Virus record (IMG/VR): IMGVR_UViG_3300022907_001216
Strand: one strand, 5' to 3'
Source of the DNA: an uncultured virus (IMG/VR IMGVR_UViG_3300022907_001216)
Taxonomy: Duplodnaviria > Heunggongvirae > Uroviricota > Caudoviricetes
Length of the DNA: 64,000 nucleotides
Under the pieces are notes generated by a model. It saw only the letters and a list, made by a program, of their open reading frames with translations, did no database searches and had not been told where the DNA came from. Shown here one piece after another: positions 46,884 through 60,400 of the stretch. The translations under genes and the position numbers were made by a program. How positions within the stretch are numbered: the first letter of the stretch is position 1; each line of letters opens with the position of its first letter.

Positions 46884-48743
46884 TTAAACGCTACTAGACA
46901 AGTTTTCCTGCCACGTCCATGATCCTACAACAACTTCAAATCTTTTTAATGTTCTTGTTACAGTAAGTGTTACTGTATCTGTTGTATTTGTAAAACTAAA
47001 GTCTCCTATAACCGATTGGTTTTGTACACCAGCACTATCAACTGCTACAAAACTTTTTGATACTGATCCAGTTGGATTATATGTATACTCTCCGCTATAT
47101 GATGTACAATGAACTCTAGCACTTACTCCATTATTTTTTGTACTAGCAGGAACTAAATCGTTAACTAAAGCAGCAATTTGGGCATCAGTTAATCCTGTTG
47201 AATCAACTGAAAGCCATATGTCTGTGCTTTTACTAGCATCGTCAACATATAGTTTTGTAGCAGCATCATTATCTGCTGCTGGTTCAGCAATATTACGAAT
47301 TTTAGACGTTGCTACTAATTGTATATCACCGTTAACGTTTAAATTAAGTCCAGTAGTTGTTGTTATTGTACTAGCGTTAAACGATATGTTATCAACTGTA
47401 AGTTCTTCTAAAGTACCTACACGCACAAGTCCAGTTGCTTGGGTAACACTGTTATGTAGTTCATTAATACTTAATACTGTTGTATTATTAATTTTGTAAA
47501 CTCTGCCGTCTGCTACATCTATATTTGTACTCGCTGTCCAAGAATCGGTAGAATCTCTCCATGTCCATTTTTTCTCTTCTCCAGAAGCACGTAAAACAAC
47601 GCCACCGTCGTCTACCTGGGCATTTGTTAGTAATGTACTACCATCTGTAATTGCTAGTTCAATTTGCTTATCTTCTACTCTTAATGTAGACACATCTAAG
47701 CTAGAACTATCGCCTCTAACAGTTAAATTACCTTCGATAATTATACTTGTATTCTCGGCTGCGCTATCGCTTGTTCCAATGTGTAACATTGCTGCTGGTT
47801 CAGCATTAAATATTCCAACCCGTCTATTGCTTGTATCTATTGTAATAGCATCGTCAGGTGAACCACTAGTGCTAGTTTGAATTTTAATATTAGCATTATC
47901 TCTAAACGATCTAATAACAATATCTCTATTAAGAGATGTTGTATCTGTTGATAAACTGAGTCTAGACACATCACCAACTAGCAGTCCTCTGTCATTGTTA
48001 ATATGTAAATGCTGGTTTGTAGTTTGATATGTGGCAACATTTAAATTTGGAGAAACACGTAAGAAATCTGATGCTGAGTATACATTATTTGCTGTATCAA
48101 TTAAGTTATTAGCATTAGTAGCTGTGCCATTCCAAGCAAAAGTACTATATGTTGGATTAATGTTAACCCCTGCTTTTATCTGTGTAGGAAATCCTGGTAT
48201 TAAAGCAACATTTGAGTCTATGACAGGAGCAGTAAAATCTTCACTTGATACAATAGCTACTAAATTACCACCTACTGTCCAACGTGCTACAGTTTTATCA
48301 AATCCATTGCTGTCAGTAAGCGTTATAGCATCACATTCTGTTTGTCCTTGTGTTCTAGTATAAGTTGGACCTGCTCTAAAAATTTGACTACCATCTGAAA
48401 AATACAATTGCTTGGTTGTAGCATTTACCCACAAATCTCCAGCAACCATACTAGGTTGTAAAGCGGCATAAGTAGTTGTATCAGTGCCTCTAAATTCTGT
48501 GCCGTCATATACCTTTAGTCTACCTACACTAGTGTCATACCATATTTGTCCTCTAAGTGGATTAGTTGGCTGAACTGTTGAAGCAAAATTTTCTAAAATT
48601 TTAACAAAGTTTTCGTTAAATGCTTCTCCGTATCCTGTGTAGTTACGTCCAACAAGAGTTACATCTGTAGTAGCAACGTCAATTTTTCCATCAATCAAAT
48701 CTACTAAGAGTGTACCGTCTGATTGGTTTATTTTATAACTCAT
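46884..48743 (-). CDS. Baseplate/tail-fibre protein
   Basis: Shared N-terminal LVGRNYTGYGE..NENF..ILENF...GQIWYD domain; VGI...P...LHI and P....DAATKLYVD fibre motifs. Confidence 0.7.
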   Translation of the reverse strand: MSYKINQSDGTLLVDLIDGKIDVATTDVTLVGRNYTGYGEAFNENFVKILENFASTVQPTNPLRGQIWYDTSVGRLKVYDGTEFRGTDTTTYAALQPSMVAGDLWVNATTKQLYFSDGSQIFRAGPTYTRTQGQTECDAITLTDSNGFDKTVARWTVGGNLVAIVSSEDFTAPVIDSNVALIPGFPTQIKAGVNINPTYSTFAWNGTATNANNLIDTANNVYSASDFLRVSPNLNVATYQTTNQHLHINNDRGLLVGDVSRLSLSTDTTSLNRDIVIRSFRDNANIKIQTSTSGSPDDAITIDTSNRRVGIFNAEPAAMLHIGTSDSAAENTSIIIEGNLTVRGDSSSLDVSTLRVEDKQIELAITDGSTLLTNAQVDDGGVVLRASGEEKKWTWRDSTDSWTASTNIDVADGRVYKINNTTVLSINELHNSVTQATGLVRVGTLEELTVDNISFNASTITTTTGLNLNVNGDIQLVATSKIRNIAEPAADNDAATKLYVDDASKSTDIWLSVDSTGLTDAQIAALVNDLVPASTKNNGVSARVHCTSYSGEYTYNPTGSVSKSFVAVDSAGVQNQSVIGDFSFTNTTDTVTLTVTRTLKRFEVVVGSWTWQENLSSSV

Positions 48744-50842
48744 AGTAATGAAACTCCTGTATATATAATGTATTCAACTGTTACAAACGGTGGAGTATGA
48801 TAGAACGGATCATTGTCTACATCTATCATATTACCTGTTTGAGTGTTAGCTGTTCCTGCTGTTGTACCCATAATAGATTGTGCTTGAGCACCTGTATCTG
48901 TACCACCAGCAACACCAGTAGTGCTATAATACTGCTCTCCGTTATCGCCTTGTAAACTATGTTGGTGATCAGGAAGTTGATTTTGTTGAATAACTCCTGA
49001 TTCACTACCGCCTGGTAGTCCTACAGTATTAGCAGAAGCATCGTTAAGAACACGGTTGCCTGTTGTAGCATCTCCTAAATGTCCAATTAAAAATCTGCCT
49101 CTAAAATCTGGTACTTTAAATTTTGTAGCTGGATCACTTGGTGTTCCGTATAAGTTGCCAATTACTTCGTATAATTGTTCATAAGATCCACCGCGTGTGA
49201 GCTCTTGTCCATGACACAACTCCCATTTATCAGGAGGTACAGTGCCAGCAAAAGGCATAATCATTCCTAAAACAAATGTAGGAATTGTGCTTACAAATGT
49301 TTGATGTGTCATTTTTGTAAGTGCGCCGCTACGGTTAATTAATACTTCGTCAGTAAGAGTGTTTACTACACCTGTTGCTGTTTGATTGTCTATAAATGCT
49401 GGATCAACGTTTAGTGTCCATTCTTTTGTAGTGCCGCCAACTTGCCCATCAAATGTAATTGGTGCTGATGCTGTTACATCTCCTGTGCTGCTAAATTGGA
49501 ACGTTGTTGGTTGAGCTAATTTACCTGCACTTGTAGCAGTGCCGCCGACATTACCACTTACATTACCAATTACATTTCCATAAAAAGTGTTAGAGTGTAC
49601 TTCAAGATAAGGTAATGCTTCTGTTCCAATTTTATTTACTGAAGGAGTGTACGGTTGAATATTTTCAGCATATATGCTAGATGTATTGTCTGTATCATTT
49701 TGGTTGAAATACGCTTCTCCTCCAACATTGACAGCTTTGGCAATACTTACTCCGCCTAATGTACTTAAAGATGCTGTTGAATCTGTGTATACACTACTAT
49801 CTGCTATGCTTTTTACGATAACTCTACCGCCTTGGTTAGCAGCATTAGGTTTAGCTTGAATATTTCCTACGACATCTAATTCTTCGTCTGGTGCTGTAGT
49901 CAAAATACCATGTTTGCCTTCTGAAGTAATTCTTAAAGCTGTAGTATTTGCTCCAGCATTATTAACTTGAAAATCAATAGGACCATCAGTTGCTTTATTT
50001 CTAAGAAATGCTGTTGATCCAGTAATACTCATACTTAAGATACCGTTTTCGCCTACTGTTATACCAGTATTTGTAGCAATCTTAATTTCTTTTTCAAATC
50101 TGTTTGCTACAGAAAGTCTAGCAATATCATTATACTCAATTGATAACAGTCCTGTTGAATCAATTATTTTTTCTGCTTTTTCAGCTGTGCCATAATACTT
50201 TGCTGCTTTGCCATTAAAAATTGTTTCAGAAGGAAGATTAATACCTGGTTTTAAAACAGTACCAGACGGAAATCCAGCTATTTTTAATTTAGGAGTAAAT
50301 TCGTAACTGCTGTGTATAGAAACAATTTTATCATTTACATAGCTAGATAAAATTACATGTTGTCTGTCTGTTCCTAACTCAGCACTTGTGCCTATAATAC
50401 TTTCAATTTTTACACCAGTGGAAGCGCCTTCAGCATAATCAGGTCCAATTAGTATCCAGCCACTACCACTATAAAGATATGCTTGTAAGTTTGCTGTATC
50501 AATCCAAATATCACCTATAATACTTTCACTTGCTTGTGGCTGTGATTGAGCTTTTTTGATACCACCTGATGCTACCCAAGCAGCACCATCATAAACTTTG
50601 AGTTGATCAACTCCGACAGTTGTGTCATACCATAATTGACCTTCAACGGCGTTGATAGGAGCAGTAGTATTAGCAAAATTTTCTAATAATTGTAAAAAGT
50701 TTGTATTGATGTAAGATCCATATCCAGACAAATTTTGTCCGGGTAATTTTAAACTTGTATCTGAACTATTTAAACTGTTTTCTTCTATTTCAATCGAACC
50801 GTTGTTTACAAAATCCGTAAATCTAATACTATAGTCTGCCAT
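48740..50842 (-). CDS. Short tail fibre/baseplate protein with phage tail-collar domain
   Basis: Shared N-terminal domain; C-terminal GMIMPFAG..PP..W.LCHGQ...Y..LY.VIG..YG...FKVPDFRGRF collar motif and PPFVTVEYIIY. Confidence 0.8.
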   Translation of the reverse strand: MADYSIRFTDFVNNGSIEIEENSLNSSDTSLKLPGQNLSGYGSYINTNFLQLLENFANTTAPINAVEGQLWYDTTVGVDQLKVYDGAAWVASGGIKKAQSQPQASESIIGDIWIDTANLQAYLYSGSGWILIGPDYAEGASTGVKIESIIGTSAELGTDRQHVILSSYVNDKIVSIHSSYEFTPKLKIAGFPSGTVLKPGINLPSETIFNGKAAKYYGTAEKAEKIIDSTGLLSIEYNDIARLSVANRFEKEIKIATNTGITVGENGILSMSITGSTAFLRNKATDGPIDFQVNNAGANTTALRITSEGKHGILTTAPDEELDVVGNIQAKPNAANQGGRVIVKSIADSSVYTDSTASLSTLGGVSIAKAVNVGGEAYFNQNDTDNTSSIYAENIQPYTPSVNKIGTEALPYLEVHSNTFYGNVIGNVSGNVGGTATSAGKLAQPTTFQFSSTGDVTASAPITFDGQVGGTTKEWTLNVDPAFIDNQTATGVVNTLTDEVLINRSGALTKMTHQTFVSTIPTFVLGMIMPFAGTVPPDKWELCHGQELTRGGSYEQLYEVIGNLYGTPSDPATKFKVPDFRGRFLIGHLGDATTGNRVLNDASANTVGLPGGSESGVIQQNQLPDHQHSLQGDNGEQYYSTTGVAGGTDTGAQAQSIMGTTAGTANTQTGNMIDVDNDPFYHTPPFVTVEYIIYTGVSLL

Positions 50843-50845
50843 TTA

Positions 50846-51454
50846 TTAACCCTCAATTCCGCTCAAACTTTGAATACGAACTGTATAATCAATTTGTATT
50901 AACCTGTTTAAACTTTTTTGTACTGGATGAAAAATAACATGTGTCATTAGTCTACCAGTTCCACTTTCTGAATAACTACGTAAACCTAATTCATCAAATA
51001 CATATAAATTTTCTGAACTACCTGCTGTGTCAAAAGCATCTTGTCCTGCTGGTTCTCCATAATCTAACAAACATCTTACAAGCACATCGGTATAATTTGT
51101 TCCACTAACGTGTCTAATTTCTGTTTTATTTCTAGTTGGATCTGTATTTGCTACAGCTCTTTCATCAACTACTTTTGTAAATGTTTGATTGTACAAACTA
51201 GCATTTGTTCCGGTGCTGTTAGGTGTTAAATAAGTAACAATACCTGTTGGATCAACGCTTGTACCGCCATTTCCAAAACTCATTTCGTATACAAAACCAT
51301 AACCTTGATTAGCTAAACTTTCTGCTAAAGCAAGACTCATGTTTTCATAATGAATAGCATTGCGTTTATTCACATAAATTTCGCCACTAGTTGGGTCAGA
51401 AATTTTAATGTGTCCTTCTACATGTATTCCATTTAAATCTTTAAACTGTGTCAT
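50846..51454 (-). CDS. Putative baseplate structural protein
   Basis: 202 aa between the giant baseplate gene and the fibre genes; NAIH...FGNGG...FDELGL...THVIFHPVQKS. Confidence 0.6.
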   Translation of the reverse strand: MTQFKDLNGIHVEGHIKISDPTSGEIYVNKRNAIHYENMSLALAESLANQGYGFVYEMSFGNGGTSVDPTGIVTYLTPNSTGTNASLYNQTFTKVVDERAVANTDPTRNKTEIRHVSGTNYTDVLVRCLLDYGEPAGQDAFDTAGSSENLYVFDELGLRSYSESGTGRLMTHVIFHPVQKSLNRLIQIDYTVRIQSLSGIEG

Positions 51455-51472
51455 CTTTTTTACCTTATACTG

Positions 51473-51479
51473 TATTTAT
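51473..51479 (-). promoter_or_regulatory. T4-late-like promoter box
   Basis: ATAAATA overlapping the TAA stop of the giant ORF, upstream of 51454. Confidence 0.55.
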
Positions 51480-54400
51480 TTAGGTAGCTCAATAGTTGCT
51501 CCGCGTAAGAATTTAGCAATTGAAGAATTACTATCTCTTAAAGAAGTTCCGTTATTATACCAAGTTTTACCTGTTTTCTTAACAATTCTTATTTCTGTAT
51601 CAATAGCTGGAGTAGTAGCAAATTGGATTACTTTTTCGCTGCCAACTGTTATAACATCAAACTCTTTATCTTGTGTTTGGTCAGCTTCTGGACTGTCTTG
51701 TGCTATTGTTTTGTTATACACATCTACTGCCACTTTACTTAACTTTCTACCGCCTACAAACACTTCAATTTCATTAATATTATTAAATTCAAAATCTATA
51801 TCAACAACAGTATTACTACCATCTGCTAACTGTCTATAAACTTGATATGTATCTCTGTAATCAATTGTTTCGTCAATACCTTGTCCGTATACTTTTGTAT
51901 TTACTGGATAATTTACTTTTGCTCCAGTTCCTAAAGTACCTCTTCTAAGCTGACTTAAAGTGTTTTCTTCTACTACAAAATATTCAATACGTTCACCATC
52001 AACCCATAATACACCTGGAATGTTTTGTAAAGTGTTTGGTTGAACTATACCTGTAGCATCGTCTAATATAATTTTTGTATCATATTGTTTTAATGCTACT
52101 GCTAATTTATAACTATTATCTTCATTGAGTCGTTTGTAATGTGTTCTTCCTAACATGTCTCTAAAGATTCTATATCCAAATTTTGGAGATGCTGTATTAT
52201 TTTGGAAATGTAATACATCAATGCGATCATTTTCGTTAGGAATATTAGTAAGTCTAATAGCATCTAATGTTTCCATTACTACATAATCAATTGAAGGTTG
52301 TAAAACTATTCCGTTTTTAATTACCCAAACATACTGAGCAGACAACACTGGTTTTTCAAGTTCTACAATTCCGTTACTTAACAAATTACGTCTAGTTGCT
52401 TCAGGTGAATTTGCGTTTACAATTGAATTATTTAAAACATTATAAGTATATCTAGAAAAGTTATTAATGTCGTGATTACTAAAATGCATCACACTTACCT
52501 TAAAATCGCTTGCTTGTAAATTTGGAAGACTTGGATCTATAGTCAAACTATCACTTTCAATAAACTGTAAATCACTTATTACTAAAGCAGTAGAATCTGC
52601 TCCAGAAGCTGTAATATAGAATTTTTCATCGGCAACAAATTCGTCTCGTAATCCTTTTTGGTAACTTCTAACTGTTACTACATTGTCAACAATACTTCTA
52701 ACCTTTGTTTCAAATGTTGTGCTTGTAGCAGCACTTGTAATTGATAGAGTATCTCCTTCTTGTACAAGTAATTCTAAATTAGCTGCAGTGCTACCGTCAA
52801 GTTCAGAAAATGTTAATTGTGTATCAACAAAATAATATTCAGCATCTTTTAAAACATAGATGTCTAATTTGCTACCTGCTGGTGCTATTACATTGTTAAG
52901 CAATGTAATTCTTCCATTTACATTATCCCATGCCCAGTAACGTTGGTCAAGTCTTACATTGTCAACATATATTAAAAAATCTACACTTGTTAGATTTGAC
53001 AAAGGATCAAACATCCAAGAATCGATTGAGTAAATTCTATTGCTTGTGGTTGTATAACTAATGCTATATCCTGGACTTAATACTTGTTTATTTGCTCTCC
53101 ACATAACAAGTAAATTATGTCCTAACGGTTTATTATTAAACGGAATATTTGTATCTGTAAATTTGTAATAATTTACAAGTGTAGGATCCCATGATTCATC
53201 TTGATAAATTTGACTGAAAGTTTGAATAGCACTATCATATACAGCATATTGAATTACATTGCCAACTTCAAAATTGTAGTCTGGACTATCTATTGGTGGC
53301 AAGATAGTAATACCTAATCTATTGTTTAATTTTTGTGTTGTGTAATCTGTACCAACAACACCTATTTTGCCATTTATAATAACTATAGCAGTAACATTTG
53401 TATTATATTTAATTGCTGTTTCAATTTCTAATCCTGAAGAATCTAAAATATCAATATCAAACTGCGTTAATTTTATTGTTTGAGTATCGATTAACTTAGA
53501 CCCGTTTGCTCCTATTGTCATAATGCTAATAGATTTATTAGCTTCAAAAACTTCTTGAACATTATCAAATGTAAGAGTATTTGATTCAACATCAACAGTG
53601 TAGTTGTTTTTCTCTAACAACTTTCCATCATAGTTTACTACTACATTATCGGTGCCAAAAGGTGTATTTGGCATTTCAAATACAACGGTTGAACCATCAG
53701 TTACATAATTGGCAACAGAAATAAGTCCTATACCATCTGGTGTGCGAGTGTACACAGATAAGTCTAATGTGTCTGTAACATGACCAGGTACTAATTCTTC
53801 TGGACCTCTTGAAGCACTTTGAGTGTAAAAACCATCGCCGTCAACTATAACTTCGCCGCCTGGTATACCAGAAGCAGTTGATCTATCTATTGCTCCTCCA
53901 GACAATGCTGTATCATAAGCAGCTGAAACTGGAGCAAAAGAACCGTCGCTGGACTCTTTTCTAATAATAACTTGATCACCGTCAGTTGTAAAAAATGCTC
54001 CATTGATATCTATAGTATCTGTAACTCCATCGCCAACTACTGTTGCCATTACAGCATTTTTGTTAGCAGTAATAGTGCTACCGTCATACTGCGGATCATC
54101 TTGTCTTACTCCATTAAGATAGATGTTATAAGATACTCCATCTTCTAAAGGTGTTGATAATTGTAAAATTGATGTACTACCATCTAATGTTAACACTTCA
54201 TCTTGATAAGTGTTATCAAATGTATCCCAAGGCAGGTCACTAAATCCTCCAACACCAAATCCTTGTTCTGTGCCAAAATCTAAACCGTCATACAACGCAC
54301 CTTCGTATTCAACTCCGTCCATTAATTGACTTGTTTCTACACCTGGCATACCCGAAGTTGGTTTGTATTCTGTTAAAATTCTATCTGCCGCTTGTAATAG

Positions 54401-57400
54401 ATTAACATCTTTTTTGTATTGTATTTCAACAGTTGAATTTAAAGCTGGATCCTCAACAAATTCTACATATCCAAAGTACCTGTCATATAATTTTGTTCTA
54501 TCTAATTGATTACCAACAGTATAAGTATTTTGTAATTGTACAACTCCATCTATTTTAACTGTAAACGAATCTGTCTTTATGTTCATTGGCCACTTAACCA
54601 TAAATTTCTTTTGGTTGCCTGATCCTGTAAATGTTTCTGTTTTATCAAGAATTTCAAAATACTTTTTGCCACTCACACGATCAAATTTTACTATAACATG
54701 TGTGCTTCGTACATTACTATTTCCTAATATACATGATGCTAAAACAGGCTTGCCATCTATATCTTGGTTACCACTTACTGTAACTGTAGGAGCTTTGTAT
54801 AATCTGCTTCCTTTGTTTACAATTTCAATACTTGTTACTTTGCCTTTAGAAATATATGCTTTTGCTGTAAGTCCAGAATATAAAGGTGTACTATCATTTT
54901 CAAATGTGACATAAGGAGTATCAGTAAAGCCAGATCCTCCGTCTATAACATCAATACGGATTACTTCATAGGTGTTGTTATCGGTCCAGTTCTTGTAAGG
55001 ATATGTAAAATATTTGTTCCAAAGATTTACAACTTCGGTGCCGTCAAAAGTAGCAGCACTAGGAGTGATATTACCATCGATGTAACTAGGAGACAAATCA
55101 AAATCTGTAATAACACTTTGACTAGGTTCAATTTTTTCATAAGAACTAATATATTCTCTAACATTTGAACTATAGGGTTTTACTTCGTTAATATAATCTT
55201 GATAATTTTCTAAGTTATCGTTTTGGTAAGCAACTTTTTGTGCTAACTCGCCTACATTATGTTTAGCCCTAATAAAACTTGTTTTGAAAGCCCAATCAAC
55301 ATTAGGTTGTTCACTAAACACATATTTTATTCCGGCAAAGAATAGATTGTTATATTCAACTGCTAAATCTCCAATGAATATATCTTGCGCTATAGCATCT
55401 ATAATATTTCTTAACTCTTGTACTGGTTCTCTGTCGTAAAATGTAATATCATAAACAGAGGCATCATATCCTGTTGTCTTAGTAGTATAATCATAAATTA
55501 ACGAACTTAATTTTATTGTTCCGTTTTGTCTTCCTATTGTTTCATAATTTACAGTGTAATCTTCAGTGTCAATTTCGTTAATTTTCTTTAACAGTAACCA
55601 ACCGCCTGTGCCAACATTAGATATCTTTACAATATCGCCAATATTGTTATTAACAGCATATAATTCGTAGCTTGCCTCAATTGTATTATCTACAATTGTA
55701 TTAGGTCCATAACCATCAGCGTAATAATCTACATAATTCCAATATTTAGTAGTATCAAAACTTTGGTTATCCGATCTTTCCCAAATTGCTTGTGTTTTAT
55801 TGTAAACATATATTGCCCATCTTCCTCCAATTGAAGAATCAGCAGTGACTAAAACACTGAACGGTCTTGCTTTTAATAATGTAGTACTATCGTAATCAAA
55901 GCCCGAATCTTTTACTGTTACAGAAATAAGTTGTCCATTACTGTTAATAGCAGTTTCAAGATTAGCACCTTTACCAGTTGTTGTTTCTATTTCTATAAGT
56001 GGAGCAGTTTTGTAACCATTACCTTTATCATTAATTATTACACTTGTAATTTTACCAAATTCAATAACAGGTGTTACAATAGCAGGTTTGACTTTTGCTG
56101 TACCAACAAATTCAAGATTTTCTACATCATCAATACTTACATCAAATTTTTGAGATGCTAGTATAGGCAATGGATCTTTAGATTGTAATTTAGTCAAATC
56201 ATAGTTATCAACGATTAAATTTTTAATTAAAACAGAATTAGCTCTTTCTACAAATTGTTTTACAGCTTCAATGCGATTAACAAACATGCTCTGTCTAGGA
56301 ATATTTAACACACCGTATTTTTTTACTGGTTGTAAATTAACATCAGGTACTGGATTACCTACTAAGTCATATCCTACTAAACTATCAATCCATTTACGTT
56401 CAATCTCTTGATTTGGAACATCAATGTCTAGTCCTTCAGTAATTAATTGGTATTCACTATGAACTTCAGTCTTTACATTAACATCTTTTAATGTTCTAAA
56501 ATGAATTACAGTATTTTTTCCTTCAATTAAACTAGCACAATTATATAATACAAATTTATCGCTTTCTAATATGCCTACATATCTATAACCTTGTTTAGCA
56601 GGATCTTTAATCAGGTCTGCTACTACTTGGGCACTAATAATTCTATTTGTATTTGTAGGAACAGTAGTTTTATTTTTTACCCAATAGAAATATCTCGGAA
56701 CAAAAACTTGTTTTGTAGCATCAAATATCAATTTTTCACTATAAACTGTATCATCATATAGTGCTGTACCAGTCACACCTTGTGTAAAACCAGTTGTTGA
56801 TCCTGAAAGTTCATTCCATTCAGATGGTAATAAATCAGTGCTTACCCATTCGCTTACGACAATATCACTGTCAGGTAAAATCTTATTAAAGACTGTTGAC
56901 CTATATGACGAACCTTGTTGGTAAGGATCATACCACGAAGCTTCACTAAGATTCCACCACAACTTACCAACGTATCTATCTGTCCAATTTGACTGAGCAT
57001 CAACTACAACATCTGCAGTTTCTGCTGTAGAATATACTGCTGGATCGTACCAAGTTTTGTAACTTATCTCTTGCTCTGCTGCGCCTGCTATTTTTCCTTG
57101 TCTTGGATCTATCACATCTAAGTCTGCAATAATATCTGCCGTATTTTTGTCATACAAAAATACACGCTGTATTTGTTTAATATCTGGTTTATTAGTTTGG
57201 GAAGTAAGAACTTGATTTGAATTTTTGTTTTTTGTATGTGTAAATTCTGCTAGTATTCCTGGAATATTACTAATAACATAATTAGCATCTGTAGGAGTAT
57301 TAACATTAGAAGCTAGATAGTTTGGCAAATTCAAATAGATATGATTATTAATAAATTTAAAATTATCTAAAGTATGTCCAAATGTTTGTCGTTTATAATT

Positions 57401-60400
57401 CACACTTTCGCCATATGTAAAGTTATCACCTATCTGTTCAAATATCATAATTCTACCAAGATCAGAATCAATTGTTCCAAACCTAGTAGTTCCGTTGTCA
57501 AAAATTAGCTTACCATTTGTGGTAACATCAAAATTAGTAACAGTTAGTTTATCAGAGTTTTTACCGCATATTGCTAATTTATTACCACTAAAATCAACAG
57601 CAGAACCAAAATATTCGTTTCTTTCTGATTGTGGACTATATAAATTTTGTGTCAATGTATATGTATTATCAGTTTGCTGTGTGTAAACATATACAGTTCC
57701 TTTATTTGTACCAGTGTCGTCGTTGGCTGGTTCAGAGATAGCAATTTTGTTACCTTCGTCATTTATAGCAAAATCTACTGCCCATTGTTCATTAGTGTCG
57801 CCTGTTATTTCTTGGATGTAAGTCCAGCGATCAATTGGCTGATTATATACTGTAAGAGTGCGTTGACCTGCTTTTATACTTTGAGCAACAAGTTTGTCTC
57901 CGTTTGTGTTTACAAAGAATTTACGTCCAAAATACTGTTCATTTGTATCATTGTCGCCATCTAAATCTTGTTCTCTATTTGGTACAAATCCTGTATGTTC
58001 TACATTATCAGAATAGTAATATAATATTTCGCCATTTTCATTTGTTTCAGCATTAGACCAACTGTTTACATCTGTAGGTAATTTTTCATTTGCTGGCGTT
58101 ACAGACGGAAGTCTGTCTACTAATGCTTTGTATAGAGCATTTTGATAATAAACAAGATCGCCTGTTCTATACTTTTCATCTACATCAAATACACCTTTGT
58201 ATGATCTGTTGCGTGTCCATTTCCATTCTACTGTATCTACATCGTACTCGAAGAAATAAATTGCTCCTACTGCCTGTGCTGGTGCTGAAACAAATAATTT
58301 ATACTTTCCGGTTAGATTTTTTCTAAACTCAATTTCATATCCAAAATTTTCATTATCTTTTGGTTCAGGACTAAACATCACTGTCTGTAAAGAATAATTT
58401 CTAGACACACTATCTAATTCGTAAATGTATACAGCACCCTGTGCTGTAAGCCCTGATGCTAAGCCGTCGCCTGTTGTTGTTAAACTATATACAGCTTCCC
58501 ATAGGTCTTCATTGTCACCAGCTGTAATTGTACTACTATCACTTGCGTCATCATGCCAGTTGCTTATATCTACTTTTGCTCTCCATAATTGGCCTCTATC
58601 AACAACAATATCACCTACAGCATATGCTTCGGCAGGATCAATTGTGCCTTTAAATTTTGATAATATATTAGAAGCAAACGGAGCACCTACAGCAATATAT
58701 TTTCCGTCTGGTGCTACTGATACTGAGTAACCATATCCACTATTTTCATCATGATAAGCAGTAGGTAGAAAATTCTCTGTTTGACTATAACTAAGTGTAT
58801 CGCCAGATCTACGCATAATTTCAAGAACACCATGATTATATGAGCTGTTACTAATATATTCTGTTTTAGCTGTAGTCAAGTTACTCTGAGATGAATCTGT
58901 GGCTTGTATTTGCTCATATTCAACAGACACTAATTTTCCTAAATCAGTGCTATCAGCTAGAAATACATTAAAACCAATAGGCCATACATTAACACCTTTA
59001 TTTACAGTCAGTTTTGTTCTGTCATTTACACTGTCATAAGACTTAGCAAACACACTACTATATCCTGACGAATCATCTATCATCACTATATCGTCTACAT
59101 TTACAGATCCTGTGACATTGCCGTCAATAAGTAGATTTACTCTTTTATCTGATGTATTTTGAAATTCTTTATACAAACTAAAAATACTTTTGTTTTCGTA
59201 TACAGACCATTCACCTGATCCTGTATTGTCTAACCAAATTTTATCAACATTATCAGTTTCTAAATCTACTATATTTGTGTTTAAATCATCAACATCTGTA
59301 AATCTTCTAGAGTTGAATACACTTATTACTGCGCCAGTTGTAGCATTGAAACTATCTTCATCATTTTCATATTCAATTGCTTCTAATGTGTTAAACTCTA
59401 TTGTATTACCAAAAACATTAGTTACTTTATAAAAACCTTTTAATAATGGTACATCAGTGTATACACCAATATAATCATTTATTGCTATTGTTTTTACTTG
59501 TCTGTCAACAATTAATCTTACGCCATTATTAGCATTGTCAACAAACGTTTCTAAATTGGTTACGTTATAAGTTGATCTACTATGTTTTAAAACTGTCCAT
59601 GTTGATTTTTCATTTGTAATCCAAATATGTTTACCAATTGGCAATGTATCTAAATCTATTTCAGGAATAAAACTTTTATCTCGTACAATATATTCAACAT
59701 CTGAATCTCTAACATATCCACTATTACGAGCAATAGCTCTGTTCTCTGTTGTAATTCCAACAAGTTGATGCGAATAATTATCAGGGCTTTTGTAAACTTC
59801 TCTTGGCGTGTATTCATATACCAAGTCTTTCCTAGTTGTATCAGCACGAGATACAAGTTCAAATATTTGAGGATTTAGTTTATATTTAGATTCGTCAATG
59901 ACATATTCAGTTTCTTGGATATTATCAATAGATCCGTATTGCCCTAGTCTTAAAGCCCATTCTTCGTAAAACTCTACACTATCTTTGTCACTGCTACTTA
60001 AAGCATCAAACAACTTATCAAGAGCATTTCTTGTTCCTTTTTCTTGTATAAATCCTTGGTAAAATTTATATTGGCTTACACTATCTGTAATAATATTTTC
60101 TAAGTATTGTCTTTTTTGGTATCCTATTAAATGCTGTGCTAATCTTTGTTGTTCAGTATCAAAGTTATCTGTATCTAAATCATAGAAATCAGCAAATTGA
60201 TTTACTTTATAATCCCAATTTGGATAAATTTGTGAGACTGGACGTGAGTCTAACCTTCTCCAATTTGTATCATTAAATTTGGTTTTACTAGTATGTTTCT
60301 TAACTGAACTGTAATAGAATTCTTTAAACTTTACAATATCAGCAACTTGATAGTCTGTGTTAGGTTCCCATAAAACTGTTCTGGCTTCGTCATAGAAAAA

